Assembly (NCBI GenBank): GCA_053919585.1
Contig: CM132791.1
DNA length: 64,000 nt
Source of the DNA: Euprymna scolopes
Taxonomy: Eukaryota
Direction: 5' to 3' (one strand)
The notes under the pieces: model-generated
The model's database searches: none
Seen by the model: only the letters and a program-made list of their open reading frames with translations
What the model was told of the DNA's origin: nothing
Shown: positions 26,619-39,772 of the stretch, piece by piece
Position numbering within the stretch: the first letter of the stretch is position 1
Layout: every line of letters starts with the position of its first letter
Translations under genes and position numbers: made by a program

Positions 26619-26650
<32 letters not shown>
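26619..26650. repeat. (TA)n microsatellite, representative; others at ~35.70, 36.14, 39.68, 39.78, 43.40, 44.24, 44.36, 47.76, 48.15 and 56.40 kb
   Basis: Directly visible dinucleotide runs. Confidence 0.95.
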
Positions 26651-26652
<2 letters not shown>

Positions 26653-26824
26653 CTTCAACCAATAACGGCAAAGCAGGATTATGCATCTAAGTATTAAAAT
26701 AAGAAATCACTTCAGGCAAAACCGTTTTTCCTCACTTGTTTGCTTTTATTTTGCATTTTATGCTTTAACTTTTTTCCCCCTTCATACTTGTTAATTTTAT
26801 ATTGGAATGTATCATCTGCTTAAA

Positions 26825-27248
26825 CTCTCTGTAGCGAGAAGTATCGAAATACTCCAACTACTGCATGTATGATCATGGCAAGTGCTTGACTGAACTCCAA
26901 TCTATAGTCACCCCTTGCCAAACTTTTACAAAAAAAAAACAACAGAAACACTCTAGTCGCTACAACCACTAGAAACGATTTCCTCTACTTTCTGTGCCAA
27001 AATCTAAATGCAGGTTCCATGAACAAAGCTTCTTTTCCAGAACTGTCCACCTGTAGAATACAACATGGTAGCCTTCAAATCTAATGTAAACAAGTTCTTG
27101 TTGAGCAGTCCCCATGTAAATAGTGAGGAATTCTACTCAATTTACACCATTAATGATTGCTACACTACCACCTTACATTCATTCACCCTTATCCTAGAGT
27201 GACCTTCTGGCCTTGATAAGTGGTGCCTTCTAAGTAAAAAAAAAAAAA
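26825..27248 (+). mobile_element. 3' fragment of LINE subfamily A
   Basis: Homologous to 23,060-23,470 in the opposite orientation (TCTGTGCCAAAATCTAAA, TTCCATGAACAAAGCTTCTTT, ACCCTTATCC..GGCCTTGATAAGTG); ends in poly(A). Confidence 0.85.
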
Positions 27249-28689
27249 TCGTTTTAGATTTCAGAACTTTTGTGCTAATTGGTAATTTAGATGAGATTAC
27301 TATTCTCGCCTTGGTTATTGTCACAGTGGTTCGGCCGATGCAAATTCCAACTCTATGGATTTAAAATAGCATTTAAATAAAGTTTGAAAAATAAGTCTAT
27401 ATAAAGCTGATTTCAAAGCACATTTTTAATTTCAAGTCTGGTACAAGAAAATAAAACCATCAAATTTTCCTTTGATTGTTGATCAACAAAGTAGCTTTCC
27501 CACCAAACAAAAAAAAAAAAAACTCATTCAGCTAAAATAGATAAATTTGAAATGATGGTCGTTATATGCATTTTTTTTTTTTTTTTTTTCAAAGCAAATG
27601 CATGAATAAGACAATCCAATGAGAACTTGAATGCCTACTAGACACTATCCTCAAGTGTCTAAAGTCTCTCTGTGCAGGAGATTGCCAGAACAATATGGTA
27701 TGAGGATACTTTTCCCTAGAAGTAAACCCTGACCAAATATTCAAAATCACATAATATTCGCTGCCCAATTAAGATCTCCTCATTATGGCTAACCAACATT
27801 GGCTTTTACGAGGAATGGTGCACCTTCTCCAAGTGATGTTGTCTAAAGTAACTGCATGAAGCTGGATACTCCACCAGACTAGGTAAATTCTTGTCCTGGA
27901 ATCCAGTAAGACCAAGAGACCAAAATGAAAGATATACTACAGCATATGAAAATGGTTAATTGGGGAGAGGAAAATTATGTTCTCAATTTCTTTACTAACT
28001 CAGTGTTTGAGAGATAAGGAAGTTTAATAGAACATTCGAATATCAATGTATCTCATATAGAGTTCAAGTGTTAGCCCCAGGTCGTGGGCCCCTTGATTTC
28101 TGAGAACTTCAACTGAAGCAATATAATATTTTGCTTATTCCTTTTTTAGTTTGTCCGTATATCCCACTTTGAAAAAGGCCAAATACAATTTTTTAAGGCC
28201 AAAATCTGGCAGCTCTGAACAAGAATACGATTGACCCCCCCTTTGATGTGGCCTCATTCTTTGATATAATTGTAATAATAGTATATGATCGTTATTTTAA
28301 TAGTGTGAGAAAAGAACTTGTAGTAATTTCAATGTGCAGTGGTCCTTCACCAAAAAAGAAGTCAGTAAAACATTATATAAAAAAGAACAGTTGAAAGAAA
28401 CAAATGACGGCATTTGGTAAGAAATATATTATCAAGGGAGGTAACTGGATTTTCAATATGGCCTGTTTAATTTCTGGTGAAATTGGAGGTAATTCAGAAT
28501 GTAATATTTCTATAAGTTTTATATTATGGATTTTAATGATTTTTTAGATTTACTAGATTTAACTATCTTATAATAAATATTTTAGGAAAAAATGTTTTTA
28601 ATTATAACTTAAGTTTAATTTTTCAAACCGTTTTGATAATCAAAGATTAGTAGATAGGGTTATTTCATTTTCTGAATCTATTGGAATAT

Positions 28690-30430
28690 ATTATACCCTT
28701 CTTGCAAGTTTGATCCCCCAATTTATTGGAGACAAACCTTTGTTTTCAGTGGCATTCATGCGTGTGTTCATTAGTCCGGACGATTGCCAAATAATCGTCC
28801 GTTAGTTTTTTCTGAAATTTTTTACCAAAAATTGTATTTCATTAAATAGATGTACACAGTAAAAAAAAAAAAAAAAAAAAAAATTTGCGAAAATTCCCAT
28901 TGCGTCCCCAAGGGCTCAAGAGGTAAAAAAATGTCTCAAAATGTCCAAAAATGACACATTTTCCCCCCATAACTTTTGATTCATCCATTAGATTTTCCTG
29001 AAACTTGGCCAAAAAGGTGGAGCCATTGTTTTTAATATAAATCTAGTGTGGGTGACCCTGGCAAAATTCTGGTTCGCATCCCCTTTTTTGACTTTTTTTG
29101 TTCATATTTCCCAACAAAAACTTGATATGTCTGACTGTATAGTGGTTTTGCACGGTGGTTAACTCAAATATACATGTGTTAAAGCCTGAAACTCCACCTT
29201 AATCCATTTACTCTAGGGTTTGGCATCCCCAGGGGCTCAAAAGAGGTCAAAAATGGCAAAAAATCTCACATGCGGCTTGTTTTTGATTATTTTTAGAGAT
29301 ATATTAGCCTTAATTATTCAAGAATAAGTCTTAGTGAGACCAATGTTTCGGTTATGATTACATTTTAATTCTTCAAACTATGTAAGTTTAAATAAATTAT
29401 TTTAATATTTAAGGCCTCAAGGCTACAACAATAGATGGAAGAATAAAAGATAAAATGAAATTTTCTAATTACTTAAATTTATATTAAAATTATTCTTATA
29501 AATTTTTAATATTAGTATAATTTTCATGCTATGCTAATATTAAATTTAAAATTGAGTTAAAAATTAGGTCCCATTTTATTTAAGTTATTTCAAATTAGTC
29601 ATGTTTTCCTTTGTGTAAACAAAAGATAATTTCAGGTTCTTATTTAGAAAGTTAAATGTTTTATTCATAGCTAAGGTTTCACTGCATAAAATTTACTATA
29701 TTTTAAGCTTTGCTGGTAGCTAAGCTTATAATATTTTCTAATGTATAGACATATACTTCTCGCAGTTATTTGAGTTTAATTCATATTTTTTTTATTAATT
29801 ATTATTAATGGTATAGTTTTGGTATTGTTTTAATAATAATTGTAAAACTTTAAAATTAAAATAAGTTTAATTTTTATTTAAGTTATCCTGAAATAATGTA
29901 TATATTGATTTACTCGTCCGATGTCCAGTGTCACAAAAAAAAAACAATCATCATCGCAAACATGAATTAAGGAGAAACGAATTATCCCTATATAGTCGCT
30001 CTTTTATCAGTTAAAAATCATTAAAACCCATTTCCTCTCCAAAAATTAAAAAAAAACAAAAAAAAACATAACTGTCTGTTTACGGTTTACAATTAGCTAT
30101 TTTGTTTTATAATTTAAAAAGACAAGTTGAGAGGAGACTAAGTTTTTTTTATTATAGATTGATATTAAAACTTAAAAATATATGTTAAAGTGAATTGTCA
30201 TCTGTTCCTTTATAATTTATATTAAAAATTATTCAGAAATAAAACAATGTGTTGTAACTTTAAAAAGTTAAAGAATTTAGTACAAAAAATGTTTTAAATT
30301 CGTTATTTTTTTTATTCATTTTATTTTTATTCATTTTATTTGTGTTTTAAAATTTTTCAACTATCATGGAATTTCACCGGGTTCTGCTTGTTATATATGA
30401 ATTTCCTTTTGCGCATGCAAGAAGAGATAA
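28690..30430. mobile_element. Probable non-autonomous DNA element(s), DINE-1/HINE (Helentron)-like
   Basis: Starts TTATACCCTTCTTGCA, with a near-inverted copy TGCAAGAAGAGATAA at ~30,416. Hairpin GGACGATT/AATCGTCC at 28,778-28,800. Internal repeats GC(G/A)TCCCCA(A/G)GGGCTCAA at ~28,902 and ~29,223. Confidence 0.4.
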
Positions 30431-31404
30431 TTTCAGATTTTTTATCAAGCATGTTAAAATTAGTTTTTTTTATAATAGCTAAGGCTTCAATCTGGAGCCC
30501 GGTTGATAAGAATTAATCATTTTAAGTATTAACCATGATATAATATATGGGATTTGTTTGTTCATGGTTGCAAATATATTCAAACAATTATTGAATTATA
30601 ATGTGACAAAATGTTGTGTTTAATGTGTTGTAGAAGAACCGATATAGATAAAAGTATTCTTATCTCTATTGTTATTATTATTATTATTATTACCACCACC
30701 ATCACCACCACCGCTTATCCATAAGTCTATACTCTATATAACTCATAATAATACATTTACTTTTTTCATTTGTAAGCATACAATAACTGCTACAAATGTA
30801 GGCATATACAGTATCTGTGAAAGCTATATGGACAAGCAATCATTTTGATCTAAGTCATTTCAGTTTGATAATTTACACCAACTCTTTAACCATCAACATA
30901 ATATGACCGGTTTTCAAGAGGCTGAATTCCGTATTTCTTATAATTGCTTTGTAAAAACCTTAAACAAAAAGGCGTTTTTGTTAATTTGATTCATCCTTCA
31001 AAACTAATGTTTGAAAACTTTTCTTAATATGAAGCAAAAATAAAAATTGAATTGATTTGATATCGATGAGTTTTCAGACTAGTAATTTGTAATCATTTCG
31101 TTTTCCATCTGTACAAAATCTATGATGGCCACAACAATCAAAACGTTAGAACAAAATTGATTTAGTGTTTTTAAATATTTATGAGCAATATTTCATAGTA
31201 AATGTCTGCCTAATTTAGTTTGTCTAAATTGAAAGTTGGCTGCAGATTTCTTTCAACTATTAAAAAAAGATACACTGCACGTGCCTTTGCAAAATGTTCA
31301 CCAATTGGAAAATTGCCCCCCCCCCCCGTTTTTAATTCATGTTTTAAAATATTCTTGTAAGCTAACATGTAAATTAGCATTTTTTTTTCTTCAGCAGCAC
31401 AAAC

Positions 31405-31805
31405 TTTTTTTTGTTACAAAAGAGTCATCTTTTATCAAGGCCCAGAGGCCACTCGAGGATAAGGGTTAATGAGGGTACAGTAGCCATTGGGACAATATTG
31501 TAGTCATCGTTTGTAGTGGAAATTTGGTAAGTTGGATTACATAAGGGAACTACACATCAAGAACTAGTTTACGTTGGGATTTGATCATATTGTAGTCAGC
31601 TGGATAGCAGGCAAACGGAACAGAGTTCCACAGGTGTGCAATTCTAAGAATGAATCTTTGTTTATGGAATCTATGTTTAGGTTTAGGCACAGATAAAGAG
31701 TGGAAGAAATTATTGATAGTGGTTTCAACTAGACGAGTGTTTTTTGTTAAAGTTTGACAAGGAGGGACCATAGATTGGAACTCGGACAAGCACTTGTCAT
31801 AAAAA
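31405..31805 (-). mobile_element. 3' fragment of LINE subfamily A
   Basis: ORF 31550..31789 (HSLSVPKPK..RIAHLWNSVPFACYPADYN) aligns to the C-terminus of the 23-kb LINE and has the same 3' UTR motif. Confidence 0.9.
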
Positions 31806-31954
31806 TAATGATAGATTATCTAGCCATTTAAGCAATCTTACATGTTATCTGTTATAATGTAATATAAGCAAGATCGAATATTTAAAATAGGTATCCCAAA
31901 CAAAAATTTAATTTTCATTGTATCTAAAAACTTTTAATAGATCCTTGCAAAGCA

Positions 31955-32070
31955 TAAACAATGATACCAAAGTTATTCTGGTAGCATAGTTAACCACTGA
32001 ATTATCACCATTCAAAGTTTCTTGGAAATTAAAAAAAATTGTCATCTTGCATGCTATTGGTCGAGAAACC
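31955..32070 (+). repeat. Dispersed repeat fragment, second copy at ~45,115-45,232
   Basis: AACAATG(A/G)TACCAAA.TTATT.TGGTAG..AGTTAACCACTGAA..CAAAGTT..TGGAAATTAAAAAA occurs at both loci. Confidence 0.75.
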
Positions 32071-32394
32071 GAATTTCAGTCTATAAATAAAATTGTAGGC
32101 TTCAAATAAGTGTAAATTTCTCATCAATCTCGTCTTATCAACTAATAATTATAGCCATTGTAAAATATTGGGCAATATCTCATTACCTTTTAAAAACATA
32201 TACAAAAATGACATAGAAGCATTAATTTGACTGTTCATATAAGATTCATTTCAATAGCTAACACATTGAATCCTCTTAATATGATTCATAGAACATTAGA
32301 AATCAAATTAGATTTTTCTTACAATAGTAAAAAAAACCCAGATTTTGAACAAGTAAAAACGTGCAAGAACAAAATTTTATAATAATTGAAATAT

Positions 32395-32700
32395 TATATG
32401 GTATAATCATGTTGACACACCCATCAGATCACTGAAGTTAAGCAACATTGAGCCTGGTCAGTACTAAAATGGGTAACTATTTGGGAATTCCAGGTGCTGT
32501 ATGTGTTCCCCGCTTATCTCAGCATTGTTTCCAATCTCCAGTCTTTCCAGTCTTGGGCTTGCCACTGGACCCAACTATGCTGATTCAAGAGAGGTGTGGT
32601 TGGGGATTGTACATCCTCTTGCCTCACAATTGCATGAGCAATTACCTTTACAGAGGTGTCCATTGTCTCTTGAGACTGAACGGAGGCATCGCAGTTAAAA
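32395..32700 (+). mobile_element. 5S rRNA-derived SINE-like element (5S head 32,395-32,503 plus non-5S body)
   Basis: GATCACTGAAGTTAAGCAAC..GCCTGGTCAGTACT..ATGGGTAAC..TGGGAATTCCAGGTGCTGTA follows animal 5S rRNA with many substitutions. No oligo-T terminator; continues into a ~200-bp GC-richer body. Confidence 0.75.
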
Positions 32701-33546
32701 CATTCTATTCAAGTTTTCAATTTCAATATATTCTCGTAAAAGACAATTTAAAATCCTATATTAAGCCCACAATTGATGAGTGCCCCTTTTCCTTAATATG
32801 GGGCATTTTATATGCATGAACAAATTTTTGCATTAAGTAAGAAAAATACACACACACACAAAAAATGCCACCATTTAAATAAAGAAATCACCCATCACTG
32901 AAAATAGTAAGCTAAGGAAATAACCTGAAAAAAAAAAAAAAAAAAAGAAATTAGCAATGATACAAACATTTATAAAGAAGGTAGATTAAATTTTGTTTCT
33001 CCAAATTTTATCAAGATAATCCTAAAAATAAATGAGTTATCACAAGTTTAAATTGAAAAGAATTTCACTATATTTAGCATTTTCACACTGAGCAACTAGG
33101 CGATAAATTTTTTGTTTCAAAATTTCCATTTTGATTTTTCCTTGGAGAAAAAAATATTCTGAATAAATAAAAGAACAGTTAATAATAATGAAATTGAATG
33201 CAATTAACAAAGTTAAAGTTAGCAGAGTAAAGCACAACACCTGCAAAATTGATTCAATAAAGTGATACCTACTTTAAAACCTTCACATTTAGACATGAAG
33301 AAGAACTTCGATTATTTATAACAGATTTGTTAATCTATGGTGAATGAGTGACGGCTGTTATCAGCAACAGCAGCAGCTTAAGTGTAAGAGACATGAGCAA
33401 CTATATATTTATCTATTTCTTTCCAAATCTTCTCAACTAAAGACGTACTTATACTATTTACTGCTTGCTAGTCAACAGATTCACACCTTTTTTTAAAAAA
33501 CGTTTCCATTTGTGCTGAAAATGAGACTATATGGCATCTTGGATGA

Positions 33547-34498
33547 TACAAGTTACCTTAAATAAGTTTCCAGACTGGTTTTGTACAGGCATTTGAAATT
33601 GTCATAAACACTTGAAAATTCAGCATGTTATTGCTATACGTCTTATGAGATGACTGACCAATTTTTATGATTTCAGGTTCACATGAACAGCTACAGCAGG
33701 AATCGGAATACACCCTACTAAAACCTGATTGTCACAGCTGGTGAATTTCAAAAATGCAATCTGGTTGTGAGGACACTTTAGAAGAACGATATGCAATAAA
33801 AAAAATTTTTTAACTTGAAAAAGTGCCATAGAAACGTATGGAATGCTTCAGACTACTTTTGGACCATCTTGCATGAATCGAGCATCAGTTTTTGAGTGGC
33901 ATAAAAGATTGAAAGAAGACGGGGAGTCTGTGAGGGATAATGATAGGTGTAGGAGGAGTAAGGGAAGTCAGAAGACCATAGTTCATTGGCCAAATCAAGA
34001 ATATCATGGGTAAGGACCATCGTGTGTTTATACAGACAATAAGTGCACAGTTTGATGTCAGTGTGGGAACTGTACACACAATTATTTGTGAGGAACTGAA
34101 GATTACGGAAAATTTGTGCAAAGTTTGTCCCAAGTGTGTAGTCCACAACTCCATTCTTGTCACAGACTATTTGACCAAGATGGGCATCAAGACAGTTCCT
34201 CGCCCTTCCTATAGTCCAGACTTTGCTCCCTATGATTTTTAGTTATCCCCTAAGCTCAAGGAAAACCTTAGAGGCTGTTTTTATGAGATAATTGAGGAGA
34301 TGAAAGAGACTGTGGCGAGGTTCATTGACATGCTCACATAAGAGGACTTCCATGGGATTTTCTAGAAGTTGTTGGAATGGTACAAGTGCATGGCAGATGG
34401 AGGAAATAATTTCAAAGAAGACTAGAATTTCATGTGCGCATTATCAATAAAAGTGCCCATATGAAAAAAGTCTGGAAACTTACTGAAGACACCTCGTA
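33547..34498 (+). mobile_element. Internally deleted mariner (Tc1/mariner) element with both TIRs
   Basis: TA-bounded TIRs share the AAGTTTCCAGACT core (left) and AGTCTGGAAACTT (right). Transposase relics: HTH region (RASVFEWHKR, VSVGTVHTII) and YSPDFAPYDF, the mariner YSPDLAPxD motif. The catalytic middle is missing and there are stops. Confidence 0.92.
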
Positions 34499-34789
34499 AC
34501 TAAACATCAGTAAAAGTAGATTTATTAAGAGACTTCCACGAGAACAATTAATTTCAATAAACTGTGGTTTGTATCTATGCTGAAGGAAGTTTTTGTTTGA
34601 ATCTTTAAAGCTGATTCCCCCCCCCCCCCAACCAACCCCACTTTTTCTTTTTTTCTTTTTTTTTAATTAATTTTTATGGTTTTTATTTTCTGGTGACTAA
34701 AATCAGGATTCTACATGTGGAGTTTCAGGAATCATTTCATATGGAGTTTTTTGAACTTGCAACGAAAGTGTATTGGTATTTAAATTATC

Positions 34790-34945
34790 TTTGTTATCAC
34801 GTTTCGACCACTGTAACCTTTGAACTTTTTTAGGTACATATTTTTGAACGAACATCGGGTGTAATGGATAAAGATGTCAATTAGCAGTGTCAGTTTTCTA
34901 GAAGTTGAAGGTTCAATCTTTACTACAGGCAATAACTAGAACATT
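34790..34945. mobile_element. Degenerate Penelope-type terminal motif (minus strand) next to a tRNA-like A/B-box segment (plus strand)
   Basis: ACGTTTCGACC..CTTTTTTAGGT is homologous to 62,790-62,830. GGTGTAATGGATAA and GAAGGTTCAATC resemble Pol III A and B boxes. Confidence 0.4.
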
Positions 34946-35695
34946 GATACAGAGTGGAACAATAAAATTGTCACCCTAGAAAAGACATGATTCCATTTCT
35001 GTTTGATGAAAACCATTTTTCTTTTTTTGCTGCAGACCATCTACTAGTTGGCTAGTTGTGAACAAATTCCAAGAGCAATAGAAGCCTTCTATCATGTCTG
35101 CATATTATGTAGATTTTCTCTGCATTACATGGCATTTAAATGACGATTTTTTTTTCTCCCAAACTGGAATCCTATTTTGCAACTTTTAATATTTTTAAAA
35201 AATTTCTATAATTTTCAAGTTATGAATAAAACAAGACAAAATGTTGCCTCTTCTGTTAATGAATATTAATATGAACTCCACCTCTTACAATTTTACTTGT
35301 GGTTAATCTTGGTATAGGGCTCTGTTTCCAGTCGCATCCCTGGACACACAGATACTATAAATGTAGTACAGACATCCAAATGAATTTAGCTAAAAAGATC
35401 AGAGCTGTGAAAAAATTTAGTAGGAAATGCAACATAAGATAGTAAAGTAATTGTGAATTTTTTTTTCTTTGATGCTTATTGTCTGATATTTGATGACGTG
35501 TCGTTAAAAAGAAGTAAAAAAAATTGTCAAAATACACTTTTTTGTTTAATGTCAGCACACAGTTGATAACTTTCAAGGAGATGATCTGGTGCATATGGAA
35601 TCTGGTCGAGCTTGCTGTCTGAGCCAATATGATGCTCAACCCAAATTGGTAATGAGGGTAGTACATCACTGACGAACTCTCTTGAGGCTTATGAA

Positions 35696-35740
<45 letters not shown>

Positions 35741-36138
35741 GCGTGTGTGTCTCTCTCTATATGAAATATCCAGAAAATGAAAATTGGGAATGATGTAATG
35801 CTATAAGTTTTAGTAAAATGATGCTGTGGAATAGTGAATCACCCAATAATGGCCAGTTTCTTCCAAGTTCTTTCAATCTTAGTCACACAGTTACAAAAAC
35901 ATTTTTAGTAACATATTTTGAGAGAAACAGGGATAAGTTAAGGCCTGGTCAGAAATAGGATAGTTTGGAAGTCGATTTCTAAAACCTGTTGAACACTTGT
36001 CAGCATGTAAAATTAATGTTAAACCAAATATGATGACGATGTTATTTTGTTGTTAAACTTTCATATTGGAATCTGGTTTTTGATTAAAGCCGCCTCTGGT
36101 CATTCATTGAGCTTGTATTAGAATTTACCGAAAGTATG

Positions 36139-36192
<54 letters not shown>

Positions 36193-36193
<1 letters not shown>

Positions 36194-36641
36194 TAGCAGG
36201 GGAGGGAGCACACGGTTTGCCTGGTAGTAAAATATGCTTAAATATGATATTTTAATTTGTCCAGATTTCATATATATTATAAAGTCGTGATTTCAAAAAT
36301 AAAAAGAAAAGTATTTAGGTGCCATCAGCTAGAATCGAAACCGAAAGCAAAACTGTAGCATTCAGAGCTGGTGACATTACCACTGTACCAACGTGACGCG
36401 CATATGAACCAATTAAAAAATAAACAAAGATGAATGTATAAAACGTATAATTTTTTTCGATTTTCACCCATTAACTCTTTAAAAACTATTTTAACCGGCT
36501 TCAGACCCATAAAAGAACGGTCCATAAAAAATTCAATCGTTTGAGGCCCTTAGCACCTCTCTGCGACTTTTAGTTTTGGAAGAGATAGGGTTTAAAAATA
36601 TGTAGACAAACAGACAGGTAAATAGCCTTTTATATATTAGA
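36193..36641 (-). mobile_element. Complete non-autonomous Helitron (~450 bp)
   Basis: Minus strand reads A|TCTAATATATAAAAG...CTGTCTGTTTGTCT...CCAGGCAAACCGTG..CCCTGCTAG|T: 5' TC, 3' CTAG, inserted between A and T, no TSD. Confidence 0.8.
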
Positions 36642-37158
36642 TATATAACGTGTGTGTGTGTTCTAGAATATATTTGATCTTCATAATTCCTTCTGTGTAC
36701 ATGTTTATATGGCAGTTGCCTAGTGTTGATAATGGAAATGACAAATTTCACTGGTGTTAAATTTATTTTCTGCTGCAAAATGGAGACATTACATGCCAAA
36801 ACAGTCTCCTGATGAATGTCTCTCCGATATGTGCATTTGCAATTTGTTAATATCACCATGCTAATCTGACAGTGCAGAATAGAGATGCATCTAATTGCAA
36901 ATGTGCTCTTCCTAACTGTCCTCTTGTTATTGTGAAAATCGTTTTATTATGTTTATTGTCTGGTAGTCTGCTTCATTGTGGTATCCAACTATTGATTTTA
37001 GCAATAATTTCTCTCCTTCATCATTTACTCGTTCCAGTGGCTTCTTTGTTGGAGTGGGGTGGGGGTGGGGTCATGTCATTGCAATTCTGGATGCTTACCA
37101 CGTATTTTGAAAAGATAGTGGGGGAAAATATTACACTACTTTCATAAACATGATGCAT

Positions 37159-38565
37159 TAGGAGTGTGAGAATTCGCCATTAAAAAAGGAGTGATTATTT
37201 AGCCTCGCTAACTTTCGAAGCTTATAACAATATGAATAATGTAATTTAAACCCTAATTTTTTTTTCAATAAAAGGAGCAAAGACCAAACTTTAAAATAAT
37301 AAAAGGATTTATCGAAAATATACAATATTTTTTTTTAAATTGGTTTTCTTTAAAAAAGATTTTATGAAATTCAACAAATTTTAACTTAATCTAAATATAA
37401 TAAATATATATAAATTCAAAACCTCACTTACCTATATAAAATACTACGCAATGGATGCTTCCATTCTTCATTTATGAGAATTTGTCTATATTTATATTTT
37501 ATATTCCGTGTATTTTTTAAATAAAAGAATTTTTTAAACAACTATTTGAAAAGACCGCTATTACGTAAGCATTAGCTGGTGTTAGTGAAGCAGTGTTTCT
37601 TCCTGTTTTGAAATACGAATGGATAAAAGGACCTAAAAACAACACATACACCTAAGCCATCAAGCCTTGTGCATGAAGAAATATGTGTCACCGTAATTAA
37701 ATATAATCACATTTTACTTATCAGTTTTTGCCTTTAAAAAAAAGCTACTCGGCAAAATTTTGATTTTTTTTTTTCTTCTCTCAAAGAAAAAAAAGAGTTT
37801 TTGATCTAATATATTTTATTTCTTTTTATAGAGTGAATTTCTTTTTTTAATATCTAAAAAGAAAAAAAATCATTGAATGAAATAGAAAAAATTGTCGTAA
37901 TTGTACGAAATTTTCTGGACAATATAACAAGATTATAAGGTTTCATTTAAAAAAAAATTCGTGTTTTTAAAAAAAAAAAAAAAAACGTTTTAAACTTTGG
38001 ACTTTACAGGTAAATTTGAAAATAACTTTTTTTTTTGTTTTAAATTAGCTTATTTTATTTATTGATCTTTTATTTTCAATTTATGATATATAAATTTGAG
38101 GTGAGAAAATTAATTATTTTCATTTGAATAGGCATTTCAAAATGAGGGGGTGAATTTAAAAAAAAACGCTTGTCTAGAATATTATATTCAGTTTATTGGA
38201 AAGAGTATAACATTTCAAAATGATCCTGAAAATATTGTAAAAATTGAACCATTAGAAAAATTTTGATAGATTTTTAAAGTTTAAAAATTGAAAAAGTTTA
38301 ACTAGTAAAATTCAATTGATTTCATTACGTAAAAAACATGGCTGCATAAACGTGCGCAGGCACTTTGTAAACACTGTTTTTTAAAAAATAAAAAATATTT
38401 CTATTTTTAAACAACTTTAACAGTTTATTTTGGAAGTATATTCCATAAAGAAAATAAACAACCCACTTTAAAAGGAGAAATTACAAGTTTTTTTTATATT
38501 TTATTCGCAGTTTTGTGTTAGGGGTGTCGAAATTCCCCCCCCCCCGGAAATTCTGACACACCTAG
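37159..38565. mobile_element. Non-autonomous hAT-like DNA transposon (~1.4 kb)
   Basis: Inverted termini TAGGAGTGTGAGAATT / AATTCTGACACACCTAG. Flanking 8-mers TGATGCAT (37,151) and TGATACAT (38,566) match at 7 of 8. Confidence 0.7.
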
Positions 38566-38589
38566 TGATACATTAATGCTCCAGGATTA

Positions 38590-38730
38590 AACGGCATAAT
38601 CATGTTCATGCATCGGTTCCCTTTGGATTACAAAATGGGTGACCATTTTAGAAAGACCAAGTGCTGTATATGAAAGGATAGTGACGCCTCACTGAAAAAA
38701 AAAAAATAAATTAAATTAAAAAAAAAAAAA
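38590..38730 (+). mobile_element. Internally deleted 5S-derived retrocopy with A-rich tail
   Basis: ACGGCATAATCATGTT..CATCGGTTC (5S 5' part) is joined to ATGGGTGACC..GAAAGACCAAGTGCTGTA (5S 3' part). Confidence 0.6.
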
Positions 38731-39271
38731 ACTGTAAAAACGAAGATTATCAAAATTATCTCCCTTGACCAGAATATATATGTAAATAGAAAATGCTTGT
38801 GGATTGAATATTCCTTAGAAACTTTCTACTTCGGAGAAAGCTGGTTCAACCAGCTTATGGTTAATGCTGAATAAGGTAGAAGAGAATGAGTAGGGAGCTC
38901 CAAAACTATAAATACATTTTAGACTTATTTAAAAAGTCCCTTTTTTTTTTTTTTTTTTAATGGTAGTTCATCTGATATGATTTTCATGATTATTCTAGCG
39001 CTATTTCTGAATGACATTTAGTTTCACATGGAAAATGAAATTTAAAATATTGCTTGTTTCATTTTGTTTTTCTAAATGCGCTTATGCAATTTTTTTTTTA
39101 ATGTATTTTGCATACATTTTACTTCATAATTTCGGTCACAAATTAGTTTTCAGATTGTTAATTTTAATTTAAAGAAAATAGCTTTAATAATTAAGTGATA
39201 AAATTTCAGGCTTTTTCTTCTAATGGATAATTTTTGTAGTAATTTAAGTAAAGTATACAGTTGACTCACTG

Positions 39272-39610
39272 TTTTTTTTTTAACCCCAAACAAGGCACAA
39301 TGCCACTTTGACCTATTTGGAACCAAAGCTACAGAGACACTATGTAGGGAGTTGAACAATAAGATGTCTGTTGACATTACACTTAAACTTCTACATGTCA
39401 TAACAGTATTCCAAAGTCTAGCAGTTTGAAGGAAGAAACTGTTAGAGTTGAAAAGTTTCTAGCATCTAGGGATCTCTATAGTTTATAGTTGGGATTTTGT
39501 GGCTTGTTGGGTTTGTTGGAGGTATTTCTATCAAAGGGATACAAGTGTTTTGAGTTCGTCGGAGTACATTCGATTAAAATACTTGTAAAAAGGTACAGGG
39601 ATTTTGACCT
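39272..39610 (-). mobile_element. 3' fragment of CR1/Jockey-like LINE subfamily B
   Basis: Reverse complement matches 42,950-43,267 (AGTTTCTTCCT..ACTGCTAGACTTTGGAA, AAGTGTAATGT, CAAAGTGGCA.TGTGCCTTGTTTGGGGT, poly(A)). Confidence 0.85.
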
Positions 39611-39673
39611 ATTGTGTGTCTATTTGTTTTACGTTATCGAAATTTGAATCTGATTGATTTACTATTAAAAGAA

Positions 39674-39709
<36 letters not shown>

Positions 39710-39734
39710 TGGCTTGAGGCAGTTGCCTGACTAG

Positions 39735-39770
39735 CTGCACTAATGAGCTGCGAAACAGTACTGTATGTGG
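39735..39770 (+). ncRNA. Type I hammerhead-ribozyme-like motif with G5A core change, in a 68-bp island within (TA)n
   Basis: Stem I CUGCA/UGUGG, core CUAAUGA (consensus CUGANGA), minimal stem II G-CUG-C, GAAA, palindromic stem III ACAGUACUGU, cleavage triplet GUA. Confidence 0.55.
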
Positions 39771-39772
39771 AT

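Noticed and set aside
32395-32503. Functional 5S rRNA gene
   Set aside because: Many substitutions, a small deletion, an altered box C, no T-run terminator, and it is not in a tandem array.
32448-32819. 123-aa ORF as a host gene
   Set aside because: It overlaps the 5S-derived element, has a non-ATG start and no recognisable domain.
35667-35697. CTGACGA-stem as a further hammerhead
   Set aside because: No GAAA follows the stem, and stems I and III cannot be formed.
38001-38015. ACTTTACAG|GTAAAT as another ratchet point
   Set aside because: Short pyrimidine tract, weaker donor, and it lies inside a DNA transposon.
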